Of a stretch of DNA of 64,000 bases, positions 10,086-20,451 are shown piece after piece (the stretch's first letter is position 1; each line of letters starts with the position of its first letter). The DNA is from Patescibacteria group bacterium (lineage in GTDB: Bacteria; Patescibacteriota; Patescibacteriia; UBA1558; GWA2-36-10), in the NCBI GenBank assembly GCA_041650755.1, contig JBAZKN010000001.1, forward strand, positions 136,080 to 200,079, in the 5' to 3' direction. The position numbers were made by a program, and so were the translations under genes. The notes beneath the pieces were generated by a model, which had not been told where the DNA came from, made no database searches, and saw only the letters and a list, made by a program, of their open reading frames with translations.

Positions 10086-11579
10086 ATGCCCAGCAATTTT
10101 GAACAACCTAGAGAAGATAAGACGCCTTTTCATGAACAGCCGGAAACTATCCAGTCTGGTTCAAAATTTGATATTCTGAAATTGGGACGACCAAAATCCG
10201 TACAAGCGATAGACCAGGGGGAAATCAGAGAATTTGAACAAGCGTCTTTTGCTGTTACTGAATATTTTGTTGACAATGAAAAATATCTTGCCGAAGCTAC
10301 GGAGCTAAAAACATTTTTCCAGACCATCCAAGCTGAACTAGGCGAAACCATACCGACAACCTGGTTTGTGATTGGCCACCCGTCTGATCCAAAACGGAAA
10401 GGTGTTTCTTTGTATGCTATCCAGGATTTGGAACAATTTCAGGCTGAAGAGGGAGTGAAAACTTTACCAGAACTAAATCAAACCGAATTTTCTAAAAGTT
10501 TTTTGGAAAAACTTTTAGATATCCAACAGAAAATTTATCAACTACTTGAAAAGTTGGCCAAAGAAAATGACTTACCGATTGACAAACTTGATCCAGGGGC
10601 TTTGGACCCCAAGAGATTTAAAGAAGAGGTTGTTTATTCTCCGGATAGTGAAAATTTAGTGATTGCTAATTTATTTAATATTGATGCCAAAACCATCAAA
10701 GAAATTATCGGCAGTAAGGCTAAATTTGAAGGCACAAAATTATCCCAATTAAAATTAATAAAATTATTGGGCCTAGGCAGCATCGCAGAAAAAATAGATT
10801 GGTTTCTGGAAAGAAGCGCTGTTTTAGAATTTACTAAAAATAAACGTGCCCACAATCATCTCAATAAAGAAAAAATGCAAGCTCTTGGGCAAGAAGGCAA
10901 AAAGGCAATGGCCTTAACTTTTGATGATGGTCCCAATGAACAAACTGCCGAATTGCTGGACATTTTAAAGGCTGAAGGCGTCAAAGCTACATTCTTTTTA
11001 ACTGGTTCGATGATACCAGGACGAGAAGCTCTGGTGAAGCGTATGGTAGAGGAGGGCCACGAGGTTGGTGTACATGAATGGGGACACTTGACGCCCGACA
11101 TTAGTAAACTATTTACCGATCCAAAAAATTATGCAAAGGGGCGCTTTGTCGGCCCGAGGCCAGATTTGGGCGATATTCAAAAAACTTGCAACTTAATAGA
11201 ACAAATTACTGGTCAAAGGCCTACTATGGGTAGACTAGCCGGCGCGCATGGTACTTTAGATAGCTGGCGAGAATATGAACACATGGATTTAGATATTATT
11301 AACGCTCAAGCCTGGGACATCATGACTATGTTGCCACGTCGCAGATTAACTGCTAATATGCTGCTAAAAGCTGCCCTCTTGGGCAATAAACATGGCCAAA
11401 TCAGACTTTTTCATATTGGCTGCATGAAAGATAATAGCGAACCCCTAAGCCCAGACGAAATAAAGCGTGAAAAAGGCGAAGTTTATCCGCCAGAGGAAAC
11501 GGTAAAAATGATCCGAGAATACATCGAACGCAGCCGCCAGCAAGGATATGATTTTGTTGACTTAAGTGAAAATATATAA
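10086..11579 (+). CDS. two-domain protein: unknown N-terminal ~270 aa plus C-terminal NodB-type polysaccharide deacetylase
   Basis: TFDDGP, HEWGH motifs in C-terminal half. Confidence 0.65.
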   Translation: MPSNFEQPREDKTPFHEQPETIQSGSKFDILKLGRPKSVQAIDQGEIREFEQASFAVTEYFVDNEKYLAEATELKTFFQTIQAELGETIPTTWFVIGHPSDPKRKGVSLYAIQDLEQFQAEEGVKTLPELNQTEFSKSFLEKLLDIQQKIYQLLEKLAKENDLPIDKLDPGALDPKRFKEEVVYSPDSENLVIANLFNIDAKTIKEIIGSKAKFEGTKLSQLKLIKLLGLGSIAEKIDWFLERSAVLEFTKNKRAHNHLNKEKMQALGQEGKKAMALTFDDGPNEQTAELLDILKAEGVKATFFLTGSMIPGREALVKRMVEEGHEVGVHEWGHLTPDISKLFTDPKNYAKGRFVGPRPDLGDIQKTCNLIEQITGQRPTMGRLAGAHGTLDSWREYEHMDLDIINAQAWDIMTMLPRRRLTANMLLKAALLGNKHGQIRLFHIGCMKDNSEPLSPDEIKREKGEVYPPEETVKMIREYIERSRQQGYDFVDLSENI

Positions 11580-11581
11580 AA

Positions 11582-12691
11582 ATGTTCTACCAAAAAATAA
11601 TTCGGCCGATACTTTTTTTATTGTCCGCTGAAACGGCACACAACTTTACTATTGATTGTTTGCGTCTGTTTAACCGAAGTAAAATTTTATATAATTTTTT
11701 ATTTAAACTTTTAAATTATACTTCGCCGCGCCTAAAACAAAATTTGTTCGGCCAATATTTCCGAACTCCTTTGGGTTTGACTGCCGGCCTGGACAAAAAT
11801 GCCACCGTACCCAATGTCTGGTCAGCTTTTGATTTTGGCTTTACGGAAATTGGCTCAGTGACAGCCGTTGCCCAGCAAGGCAATCCTAAACCTCGCTTAT
11901 GGAGATTAAAAAAGGATTCGGCTCTGGTAGTTAATTATGGCCTGTCTAGTTTGGGCGCTGCCAAAATAGCCGAGCGTTTAAAAACCAGCCAAAAATATTA
12001 CAAAAACCGGGGAGTCAAAGTGATCAGTATAGCCAAAACTAGCTCTGTGCCCCCAGAGCAGGCGGCCGAGGATTATGCACAAAGTTTTGCTCTCCTGGCA
12101 CCGCTGGCTGATATTATCACCATCAATCTCAGCTGTCCGAATGTATCCGGTTTTTTGGGTTTGCAAAAAAAAGAATTATTGGAACCAGTCTTAAAAAAAA
12201 TTACCTCAATCAACAAAAAACAAAAACCCCTTTGGCTAAAGATCGGCCAGGATTTAAATAAACAAGAGCTGGATGATATTATTTATTTGGTAAAAAAATA
12301 CAGGATCGCTGCTATTATAGCGACCAATTTAGCCAAAGATAAAACTAAGCTCAATCTAATATCCGCCGCCAAAAATAATCCCGGCGGTATTTCCGGCCGG
12401 CCCATATCAGCTAGAGCCAACCAAATTATCGCTTATTTATATAAAAACAGCGACCACCAATACAAAATCATAGGCTGCGGCGGCATATTTTCAGGTAAGG
12501 ACGCTTATGATAAGATAAGAGCTGGCGCTGATTTATTACTATTAGCTACTGGTTTTATTTATGGCGGGCCAAATAGTATAAAAAAGATGAATCAAGACCT
12601 GGATAAATTGATTTCTCAAGATAATTTCTCTAACATTAGCCAAATAATCGGCATAAATGCACGCCAATATGAATTGGACGAGCGATCATAA
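11582..12691 (+). CDS. pyrD: dihydroorotate dehydrogenase (quinone), class 2
   Basis: NLSCPNV, GGISGRP, GCGGI motifs; N-terminal membrane-association helix. Confidence 0.85.
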   Translation: MFYQKIIRPILFLLSAETAHNFTIDCLRLFNRSKILYNFLFKLLNYTSPRLKQNLFGQYFRTPLGLTAGLDKNATVPNVWSAFDFGFTEIGSVTAVAQQGNPKPRLWRLKKDSALVVNYGLSSLGAAKIAERLKTSQKYYKNRGVKVISIAKTSSVPPEQAAEDYAQSFALLAPLADIITINLSCPNVSGFLGLQKKELLEPVLKKITSINKKQKPLWLKIGQDLNKQELDDIIYLVKKYRIAAIIATNLAKDKTKLNLISAAKNNPGGISGRPISARANQIIAYLYKNSDHQYKIIGCGGIFSGKDAYDKIRAGADLLLLATGFIYGGPNSIKKMNQDLDKLISQDNFSNISQIIGINARQYELDERS

Positions 12692-14192
12692 ACAATATTA
12701 CAATTATCGAATTTTGGAAATAATTCCGGGATTTTTGGTTTGGCTGACTTTTATTGGCTGCATACTATTGGCGCTTTTAAACCCGATTTGGGGAATTTAT
12801 TTGATTATCGCCTTTGACATTTATTGGGTACTGCGTATTTTATACATGATGCTCTTTTTATTAATCTCTTGGAGCAAATACCGACGGGCCATAAAAATTG
12901 ACTGGTGGTCAAAATTGCAGACCGATTATCCGCAGTGGTCGGAATATTATCATTTGATTTTTTTACCAACTGCCGGCGAGCCGTTGGAAATAGTGGATAA
13001 TACTTTTCATAACTTGAGCCAGATCAAATATAATACAAAAAAAATGATCATTATCCTGGCCGGCGAAGGGCGCTATCAAGATCACTTCATGCCCATTGCC
13101 CAAAGTATTGTGGAAAAATACCAACAATATTTTCATAAAATCATTATCACTGTGCATCCTGACAATATCCCTGGCGAAGTCAAGGGTAAGGGTTCAAATC
13201 TTTATCATGCCGGTCATGAAGTCAAGCGCTATGTAGATGAAAATAAACTGGATTATAAAAAATTAATTGTCTCCAGCTTCGACATTGATACCGTGACGCA
13301 TCCGGACTATTTCAGCTTCTTGACTTATAAATTTATCAGCACGCCCGACCCTCACCACGCCAGTTTTCAGCCAATGGCTTTTTATAATAATAATGTTTGG
13401 GAATCAGATATCATTACCCGAGTAGTAGCTAATTCCACTACTTTTTGGCTGATGACTGATTTAGCTAGACCCAGCCGCTTATTTACTTTTTCCTCACACA
13501 GCATGAGCTGGCAGGCTCTGGTTGATATTGGCTTTTGGCAAAATAATATCGTGACAGAAGATTCGAGAATATTCTTACAATGCTTGATACACTATGACGG
13601 AAATTATCGGGTCGAGCCAATGCATATACCGGTATCAATGAACACCGTATATGTCGGCGACTTATGGCGCAGCTTGAAAAATCAATACAAACAAATGCGG
13701 CGCTGGGCATATGGAGTAGAGCATTTTCCCTACATGGTCTGGCACTTTCGTAAAAGTAAAAGTATACCCACATCTGTCAAGGTGCGCTATACTTGGAACC
13801 AAACTGAAGGCGTCTATTCTTGGGCTACGGCGCCGGTCATTATCACTATCATGGGCTGGCTACCATTGAAAATGGCCGAACACTTGTCCCTAACTACGGT
13901 GGTGGCTCAAAACGCGCCGCTATTACTCGAAGGGCTGATGCGTTTTGGCATGATAGGCATTTTAGCTGTTGCGACCATGGGGGTTGTTATCTTACCGCCC
14001 ATGCCCGTACAGCTCAAAAATAATAAACTAGCCAAATATTATCGCTATCCGCTGATGTTTTTGCAATGGATTATTATACCATTTACCATGATTGCTTTTG
14101 GCTCTATACCGGCTATTGATGCCCAGACCAGGCTGATGATGGGTAAATACTTGGGTTTTTGGGTAACGGAAAAAAAGAAAGTTCAAATTTAA
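12657..14192 (+). CDS. membrane-embedded processive family-2 glycosyltransferase (cellulose/chitin synthase-like)
   Basis: QMRRW (QxxRW) motif, DxD-like motifs, multiple TM helices; true start probably a downstream Met. Confidence 0.6.
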   Translation: MHANMNWTSDHKQYYNYRILEIIPGFLVWLTFIGCILLALLNPIWGIYLIIAFDIYWVLRILYMMLFLLISWSKYRRAIKIDWWSKLQTDYPQWSEYYHLIFLPTAGEPLEIVDNTFHNLSQIKYNTKKMIIILAGEGRYQDHFMPIAQSIVEKYQQYFHKIIITVHPDNIPGEVKGKGSNLYHAGHEVKRYVDENKLDYKKLIVSSFDIDTVTHPDYFSFLTYKFISTPDPHHASFQPMAFYNNNVWESDIITRVVANSTTFWLMTDLARPSRLFTFSSHSMSWQALVDIGFWQNNIVTEDSRIFLQCLIHYDGNYRVEPMHIPVSMNTVYVGDLWRSLKNQYKQMRRWAYGVEHFPYMVWHFRKSKSIPTSVKVRYTWNQTEGVYSWATAPVIITIMGWLPLKMAEHLSLTTVVAQNAPLLLEGLMRFGMIGILAVATMGVVILPPMPVQLKNNKLAKYYRYPLMFLQWIIIPFTMIAFGSIPAIDAQTRLMMGKYLGFWVTEKKKVQI

Positions 14193-14210
14193 AAATTAAT
14201 TTTTAAAAAT

Positions 14211-15761
14211 ATGCAAAAGAAGATCTTTCTCCTGGCTAGCGCTTGCCTGCTAATAAGCCTTTGGGCGCATCAAGCACAGGCTCAAGTATTCACTATTATT
14301 GATCCAGAACCAATCAAAAACAGCTATGCTGGCAGCGTTATTTTGGTTGATAATGGCTTTGATAAGCAATATTGGTACATCAGCCCCAAAGCTGAACGCT
14401 ATTCTCTGGACGAAGTAGAGGATTTGCAAAAAATCACTGCCACCTGGCAAGCCAAAGTGACTACTGCACAATTAAATAAGCTGGCTACCAGCCCCAGCAG
14501 TGAAAAAGTTGATTATAATTTGGCGCACAGCCTGCAAGGAAAATTTTTGCAAGCCCCGGATAAAAAAATATGGTACCTCAACCCAATTGATGACATCCGT
14601 TATCAAATCACCTTGGATAACCAGGGTCTGGATGCTCTGAAAAATTTAGCTCTGGATTTTTCTGCTGACCGGCTAGTAGTCCTGCCCCAAGCTAGCGATG
14701 ATAATTTTGTCGCCAGTACCTCCACGCCAAATTTTAATCTTTATTGGCAGGTACGTGATATTTTAAAACGTGATTTTTACAAAGCTACTCAGCTGAATGA
14801 CAAAAACTTATTTTATGGTTCACTGGAAGGATTGGCGGCTGCTAGCGAAGATCCTTATACTCAATTTTTTACTCCGCAAGATAAAAAATCATTTGATGAT
14901 ACTTTGGCTAGTGCAGTTGAGGGGATTGGCGCTCAAGTAGATATCAAAAACGGACTTTTGACTATTATCAGCCCTTTAGATGATTCGCCCGCTCAAAAAG
15001 CAGGACTTTTACCCAATGACCAGGTCCTAATGGTCAATGGTACTGATATTAGCGGCTACACTCTTGATCAAGGAGTCAATCTGATCAAAGGCAAGGCCGG
15101 TACGCCTGTCACTTTAAAGATTTATCGACCAAATAATAAAACTACCTTTGAAGTCACGATTATCCGAGCCAGGATAAATCTAATAAATGTTTCAGCCAGT
15201 CAGCTATCTGATAATATTGGCTATATAAAAATAAACATGTTCACCCAAAATTTATTAGCTGAATTTAATCAAGTCAAAAATATAGCCATTAATAAAAACA
15301 CCAGAGGACTGGTCATTGATCTGCGCAACAACCCCGGCGGCTATACCGATAGCGCTTTGGCTTTAGCTGACCTATGGCTACCTCGAGGCAAATTAATCAT
15401 GCAGGAAAAATTTCCTGATTATACTAGCCAATATTATGCCGAAATAGACCCTAGCATCAATCTGCCAACTGTTATTTTGATAAATAATGGCACAGCTTCA
15501 GCTTCGGAAATATTTACTTCTGCTTTACGTGAAAATAATATTGCCAAAACCGTCGGCCAAACTAGCTTTGGCAAAGGCACTGGCCAAAGCATGACTTCTT
15601 TTACAGATGGCTCAGCTTTGAAGTATACTATCTTTGAGTGGCTGACGCCTAGCGGACGCTCGGTATCAAATACCGGCCTAAAACCAGATTATGAAATCGG
15701 TAATTTACTCGATAGCGCTACCGACAATCAATTAAATAAAGCTTTAGAATTATTGAAATAA
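14211..15761 (+). CDS. secreted carboxyl-terminal processing (S41) protease with PDZ domain and N-terminal extension
   Basis: Signal peptide; PDZ GLLPNDQVLMVNG; S41 motifs LVIDLRNNPGG and SASASE. Confidence 0.7.
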   Translation: MQKKIFLLASACLLISLWAHQAQAQVFTIIDPEPIKNSYAGSVILVDNGFDKQYWYISPKAERYSLDEVEDLQKITATWQAKVTTAQLNKLATSPSSEKVDYNLAHSLQGKFLQAPDKKIWYLNPIDDIRYQITLDNQGLDALKNLALDFSADRLVVLPQASDDNFVASTSTPNFNLYWQVRDILKRDFYKATQLNDKNLFYGSLEGLAAASEDPYTQFFTPQDKKSFDDTLASAVEGIGAQVDIKNGLLTIISPLDDSPAQKAGLLPNDQVLMVNGTDISGYTLDQGVNLIKGKAGTPVTLKIYRPNNKTTFEVTIIRARINLINVSASQLSDNIGYIKINMFTQNLLAEFNQVKNIAINKNTRGLVIDLRNNPGGYTDSALALADLWLPRGKLIMQEKFPDYTSQYYAEIDPSINLPTVILINNGTASASEIFTSALRENNIAKTVGQTSFGKGTGQSMTSFTDGSALKYTIFEWLTPSGRSVSNTGLKPDYEIGNLLDSATDNQLNKALELLK

Positions 15762-15766
15762 AAAAT

Positions 15767-16072
15767 ATGGGAAATCCAAACGAACAATTTCACCCCACTG
15801 CCGAAACTGGCCAGGACGGTAAATCAAAAAATATCGGCACGAATCAGCTGCGTTTAGATATGGCTGAAGGGCGTTTAGCTGAAGTAGAGGCCTATCTAGA
15901 CCATCGACATCAAAACCCAACACCAAACCAAAATGAACGATGGTGGGAAGGCATGATGGTCATTTTGTATCATAAATATGAAGACAGGGGTGATGCCGAT
16001 TCTCTACAACGTATAATGGATAAATTACCGGAAAACATTCAGGTTGCCTTGCAAAAACACGACGAACAATAA
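15767..16072 (+). CDS. hypothetical protein
   Basis: ORF only. Confidence 0.35.
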   Translation: MGNPNEQFHPTAETGQDGKSKNIGTNQLRLDMAEGRLAEVEAYLDHRHQNPTPNQNERWWEGMMVILYHKYEDRGDADSLQRIMDKLPENIQVALQKHDEQ

Positions 16073-16081
16073 ACAATCAGC

Positions 16082-16999
16082 TTATTTAGAAAAATAATGA
16101 CCGTAGCCGCGGACAAATTCTGCGGCAGTCATTATTTTTTTATTGGCCGGCTGCAGAGAAATGATTTCCAAAGCACCTGCTCCAGTACCAATATATAGCT
16201 TTCCCTCCCGAATCAAAACTTCTTGGGCGGCTAGATTTATGCTTGCCAGCCTAGCTTGGATTATTTTTAGCTCCAAATTATTTAATCTGGTATAACTAGT
16301 CGGCCAAACCCGAAAAGCCCTGATCTGATTCAAAATTTCCGTGGCTGGTTTGTGCCAATCTATTTCACCTTGTTCTTTGTTAATCAACTTACAAAAAGTA
16401 GCTTGGCTATCATCTTGGGCAGTAGCCGGCAAAACACCAGCCAAATATTTGATGATATTATCAGACAATAATTTTGCCCCAAGTGCTGCCAAGCGCTCGC
16501 TCAAGCTTAGATAATCATCATTGGGTTCTATCTTCAATTTTATTTGAGCTAAAATCGGACCATGATCCATTTGTGCATCAAGCTGCATCAAGCTTACACC
16601 GGTTTCTGATAAACCCTGCCGCAAGGCAGTCTGAATGGGCGATGGGCCACGCAAGGCAGGCAATATCGAGGGGTGAATGTTGATAGTCGGCCTAGCCGAT
16701 AAATCAAGCACCGCTTGTTTGATAATTTTTCCATAAGCCACAACCACAAAAGTGGCCGGTAGATATTTCTTTAGTTCAGACACAAAATCATCATCCAATT
16801 TTAGTGGGCTAATAACGGGCAATTGATGTTTTTGAGCAAATTGTTTTATTGGCGAAGACTTGGGTTGCCGATTACGCCCGGCTGGCTTATCAGCTTGGGT
16901 AACTACGGCTGCCACCAAACCCAAAGAAAACAAGCTCTCAATGCTGGGCAGGGAAAATTGGGGCGTGCCCCAAAAGATAATTTTTTTATTTTCCTCCAT
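16082..16999 (-). CDS. fmt: methionyl-tRNA formyltransferase
   Basis: IIFWGTPQFS N-terminus, formyltransferase core, downstream of def. Confidence 0.85.
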   Translation of the reverse strand: MEENKKIIFWGTPQFSLPSIESLFSLGLVAAVVTQADKPAGRNRQPKSSPIKQFAQKHQLPVISPLKLDDDFVSELKKYLPATFVVVAYGKIIKQAVLDLSARPTINIHPSILPALRGPSPIQTALRQGLSETGVSLMQLDAQMDHGPILAQIKLKIEPNDDYLSLSERLAALGAKLLSDNIIKYLAGVLPATAQDDSQATFCKLINKEQGEIDWHKPATEILNQIRAFRVWPTSYTRLNNLELKIIQARLASINLAAQEVLIREGKLYIGTGAGALEIISLQPANKKIMTAAEFVRGYGHYFSK

Positions 17000-17477
17000 T
17001 TCTTAAAGTTGCTAAAATATCTGCGCCCCGGCTGATCTTTTCTGCGCGATCAATAAATAAAATACCAGACAGATGATCGATCTCATGCTGCAGAATTACT
17101 GCATCCAAGCCGCTAAATTTTTCTTTGTAAATTTTGCCCTTGATGTCCTGATACTTCAGGTGGATTTTCTTTGGCCTGCGCACCCAGCCAAAAATTTCCG
17201 GTAAAGACAAGCAGCCCTCTTCATTTAGTTTTTTATCTTTGGAGGAAAAGGTGATCTCCGGATTAATATAAGCTTTGTAGCCCCGACCATTTTCATTGCC
17301 AATGACCACTATGCTTTGGCTGACATTTACTTGTGGAGCAGCCAAACCAATGCCGTCATCCCGGTACATAATTTCAGCCATTTGTTCAACGAGTTTTTCT
17401 AAAGCAGCATCAAACACCAAGACTGGCTTGGCAATTTTTCTTAATATTGAATCGGGATATTTGATTATTTTTAACAT
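16986..17477 (-). CDS. def: peptide deformylase
   Basis: GIGLAAPQ, EGCLS, HEIDHL motifs. Confidence 0.9.
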   Translation of the reverse strand: MLKIIKYPDSILRKIAKPVLVFDAALEKLVEQMAEIMYRDDGIGLAAPQVNVSQSIVVIGNENGRGYKAYINPEITFSSKDKKLNEEGCLSLPEIFGWVRRPKKIHLKYQDIKGKIYKEKFSGLDAVILQHEIDHLSGILFIDRAEKISRGADILATLRNGGK

Positions 17478-17496
17478 ATAACATATTATAATAATT

Positions 17497-17525
17497 TATT
17501 TACTTTTTGTCAAATACATAGTAAT
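17497..17525 (+). promoter_or_regulatory. sigma70-like promoter TTGTCA-17-TATAAT
   Basis: Read directly in def/17542 divergent spacer. Confidence 0.5.
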
Positions 17526-17541
17526 TTGCTATAATAAATTT

Positions 17542-17811
17542 ATGCAAAAAATAGGAGACATTTTTTCCCAAAAAAAGACCATCAAGCCGCCGGCTTATGA
17601 GTGGCAGGATTTGGCTTTGAAGATTATCCATGATCTAGCTGTGCCAAATTTCAAACGCAGTGCAGTTTTTAAAGTTTGCAAAGAAAATCCGCGCGCCTTT
17701 GTAGAAAAATGCTTTGACGAAACTAAGGAATTAGCTCACAGCGGTGAATCGTGGCGCTACTTTTTTAAATTAATTGACCAGGGCAATAGCAAAACTTATG
17801 AAAAGAAATAA
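17542..17811 (+). CDS. hypothetical protein
   Basis: ORF only. Confidence 0.35.
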   Translation: MQKIGDIFSQKKTIKPPAYEWQDLALKIIHDLAVPNFKRSAVFKVCKENPRAFVEKCFDETKELAHSGESWRYFFKLIDQGNSKTYEKK

Positions 17812-18010
17812 AATTTGGATCCTAGTATTACTAGCTTTATTTTTAGCCGGCTGCCAAAAATCAAATTCTATTCAGACAGGCGAAAGACAGAACGATGGTG
17901 AAAGGTATATTAATATGAATCAATATCAATTTTATATGGATAGTATCGACAAGGCTAAAAATGCTCGTGAACAATTGGAAAATATAAGTACTGACGTCAA
18001 CCAAGAATAA
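17798..18010 (+). CDS. small lipoprotein
   Basis: MKRNKIWILVLLALFLAGC lipobox. Confidence 0.5.
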   Translation: MKRNKIWILVLLALFLAGCQKSNSIQTGERQNDGERYINMNQYQFYMDSIDKAKNAREQLENISTDVNQE

Positions 18011-18048
18011 AATAGCAGGGTGAAACGCCCCGTTATTTTTTATAAACA
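18011..18048. terminator. bidirectional intrinsic terminator (GGGTG-AAA-CGCCC hairpin + T-run)
   Basis: Hairpin plus TTATTTTTT between convergent genes. Confidence 0.45.
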
Positions 18049-18065
18049 AATTTTATTTACAAATT

Positions 18066-18854
18066 CTATCTTATCTTAAATTGCTCCACTAGATAGCCGA
18101 TACCAAAAGGGGCCTGATAACTAAGCTTGACTGGAGTATAATCCAACTCTTTGATGGTGCTTAATAATATTAAGATTGAACGCCAGGCGCATTCACCGGC
18201 TTCTTTTACCAGCTCACTGTCGAGCTTGATAAGGCCCTCTAGATCTCTATTAGCCAGTAAATTAATAATTTTTTGATCAAACTCCTGACCGCGCGGAGAA
18301 AATCCAGCCGGCGAATCCTGATGCAAACGATGCGATAAATCGCCAGAAGCAACCAGGGCTACTCGTTGCCCATAGCTATCAATTTGCTCTTTGATGATTT
18401 CACCGAATTTAAGATGCACCTCCGGAGTCAAAGTAGAATAGTTGATGACCACAATCTTTACTTGAGGCAGATGCTGGGTCAGATAATACAAAGGTACGCC
18501 GCTGCTATACGTCACCTGCTCTTCAGCATTCAAATTGACCGGCAAGGCTGTCTCGCAGGCCTCTTTTATTTTGTAACCTAGCGATATCTCATTTTTAAAC
18601 TCTAAGTTGGTAACCAAATCGCCAAATCTTTTGAAATTTACTTTAAGCATTGGCCGCTGGTTTATAGTAAAGGTCTCACCTGGAGTGTTGGCGTGTGATG
18701 ACAATAAAATTATTATTTCTGGCTTAGCAACATAAAGCTCGGCCTCCAAAAAACGGTAAGCTTCTACGGTTTCTTTTAAATGTTGGAGATTGTCTTGTCC
18801 CACCTCTGGTATAAGCAGAGGAGCATGGGGGACTAGACAAGCAAAAGTAATCAT
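18066..18854 (-). CDS. LigB-family class III extradiol dioxygenase-like (YgiD/DODA-like)
   Basis: N-terminal VPHAPLL...SSHA and SGDLSH patterns. Confidence 0.5.
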   Translation of the reverse strand: MITFACLVPHAPLLIPEVGQDNLQHLKETVEAYRFLEAELYVAKPEIIILLSSHANTPGETFTINQRPMLKVNFKRFGDLVTNLEFKNEISLGYKIKEACETALPVNLNAEEQVTYSSGVPLYYLTQHLPQVKIVVINYSTLTPEVHLKFGEIIKEQIDSYGQRVALVASGDLSHRLHQDSPAGFSPRGQEFDQKIINLLANRDLEGLIKLDSELVKEAGECAWRSILILLSTIKELDYTPVKLSYQAPFGIGYLVEQFKIR

Positions 18855-18857
18855 ATT

Positions 18858-20312
18858 TTATAGACTTATAGGCTGATCAGCTTCATGTAAATTTAAAACT
18901 CTGTCAGAGACTACTTTTATATTGGCCCAGCTATAGCCAAGCTTTTTGAAAGTAGCCTCATCGGCAATGTGGCGACGCATACCGTTACTAATGACATAAA
19001 CCATGGGATTGGCCTTAGTCATGATTAAATTACCATCTTTCAACAAAATTGGTAAACCATTATTATATTTATCTAGGGCGGTTGGTGTAGCTACAGTAAT
19101 TTTCATATTAGGAAAGTTGATGCTAAGAATATTGGGATCGACTATCGGATATTTGATGTTATCCTTGATATAATATACGCCCTTAGATTTGCTATCTCTG
19201 ACCAGCTTCTCAAATGGATCGTGATTTTCTTTGGTCAAACTCGGACCATCACTGATTTCTGCCAAATCGGCAGCCGTGACTTCAATAATTTCATCTACGC
19301 TAAAGCCCAGCTGACGAAAGACCTCTTGGCTGGCAATCAGACGCTTTTGCAGACCATCTATCAAATAGCGCTGACCATCTGAACCCTGTAAAATAGAATA
19401 GTTTGGATATTTTATTACTGGGCCGGAAGTATATTTACTGATTTCACTAGCCTCGACAGACTGCACTTTCTTGATATCAAAACGCGATACCAGAGCAGTC
19501 AAACTATCAAACAGCCATCGTTTTTTATCATAAATTAAATAAATTGAATTCGTGTCATTGCCGTCTGCCGCCTTAACCAAAGAGCCGTCGGGTATTATGC
19601 CGCGGATTATAGAAGCCAGCGCACCGCCAAAGCTATATCGTTGCCAGATAGAGGAAAACAATTTATTACCGTGCAAGTGCGGAGTATAAACATACATGGC
19701 TGCTGTAATGCGATTGACTGGCACTACTGTCTGCCCATCAATAGTAGAAGCTATGCCTGGCTTATAGGGGCGTGATTCAATATTATCTATATAATCTCTA
19801 AATTGCAGAGCAGCCGCTCGAACCTGTTTGCCAAAACCCTGCCAAGCAGGATTGCAGGCCTGACCATCAAAACAATAATAACCCATGGCATAATCAAGTG
19901 CTCGCTGATCCAATTCAGACTTCTCTATCAACCCCTGTTCTTTTTGTAATGTAGTCAACAAAAACCTAGGATTAATCCTTGCCTCATAAGCAGCATTATA
20001 AATAATCTCAGCAGCCGTACGGGCTCTAGTGTATTGTAGCTTGATAGCGTCATCCGTGCTAATCGGCTCGCCGGGACCAGGATTGTAGCCGGAATATATA
20101 TAAACCTGCAAATAACTATTTTTGGACTGCAAAAAGCTTTGGATTTCAGCCATTGACATAGAGTCATAATCTTGCGCTTCTTCGTCGGACAATAAATTAT
20201 TGTAATCGACAGTGGTGGTGCTAGTATCAGTTTGCGCTAAAATTGGCTGCAAATTGAGGGCAAAAGGCAAGCAAAAGATAATGATGATTATTTTTATATA
20301 AAACTTAAACAT
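18858..20312 (-). CDS. secreted hypothetical protein (484 aa)
   Basis: Hydrophobic signal peptide; no recognised catalytic motif. Confidence 0.45.
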   Translation of the reverse strand: MFKFYIKIIIIIFCLPFALNLQPILAQTDTSTTTVDYNNLLSDEEAQDYDSMSMAEIQSFLQSKNSYLQVYIYSGYNPGPGEPISTDDAIKLQYTRARTAAEIIYNAAYEARINPRFLLTTLQKEQGLIEKSELDQRALDYAMGYYCFDGQACNPAWQGFGKQVRAAALQFRDYIDNIESRPYKPGIASTIDGQTVVPVNRITAAMYVYTPHLHGNKLFSSIWQRYSFGGALASIIRGIIPDGSLVKAADGNDTNSIYLIYDKKRWLFDSLTALVSRFDIKKVQSVEASEISKYTSGPVIKYPNYSILQGSDGQRYLIDGLQKRLIASQEVFRQLGFSVDEIIEVTAADLAEISDGPSLTKENHDPFEKLVRDSKSKGVYYIKDNIKYPIVDPNILSINFPNMKITVATPTALDKYNNGLPILLKDGNLIMTKANPMVYVISNGMRRHIADEATFKKLGYSWANIKVVSDRVLNLHEADQPISL

Positions 20313-20451
20313 AAATATGTAAAAATATTTTTTAGTGCTTATATTATAGCAAAAACTGACAAAAAATGGAAAATTTTATCCACATTCAAAAACAGCGACT
20401 AATTATTGATTTCTGGTTGCCTTATTGGCCTTTTTAAGATAAAATCAAGTC

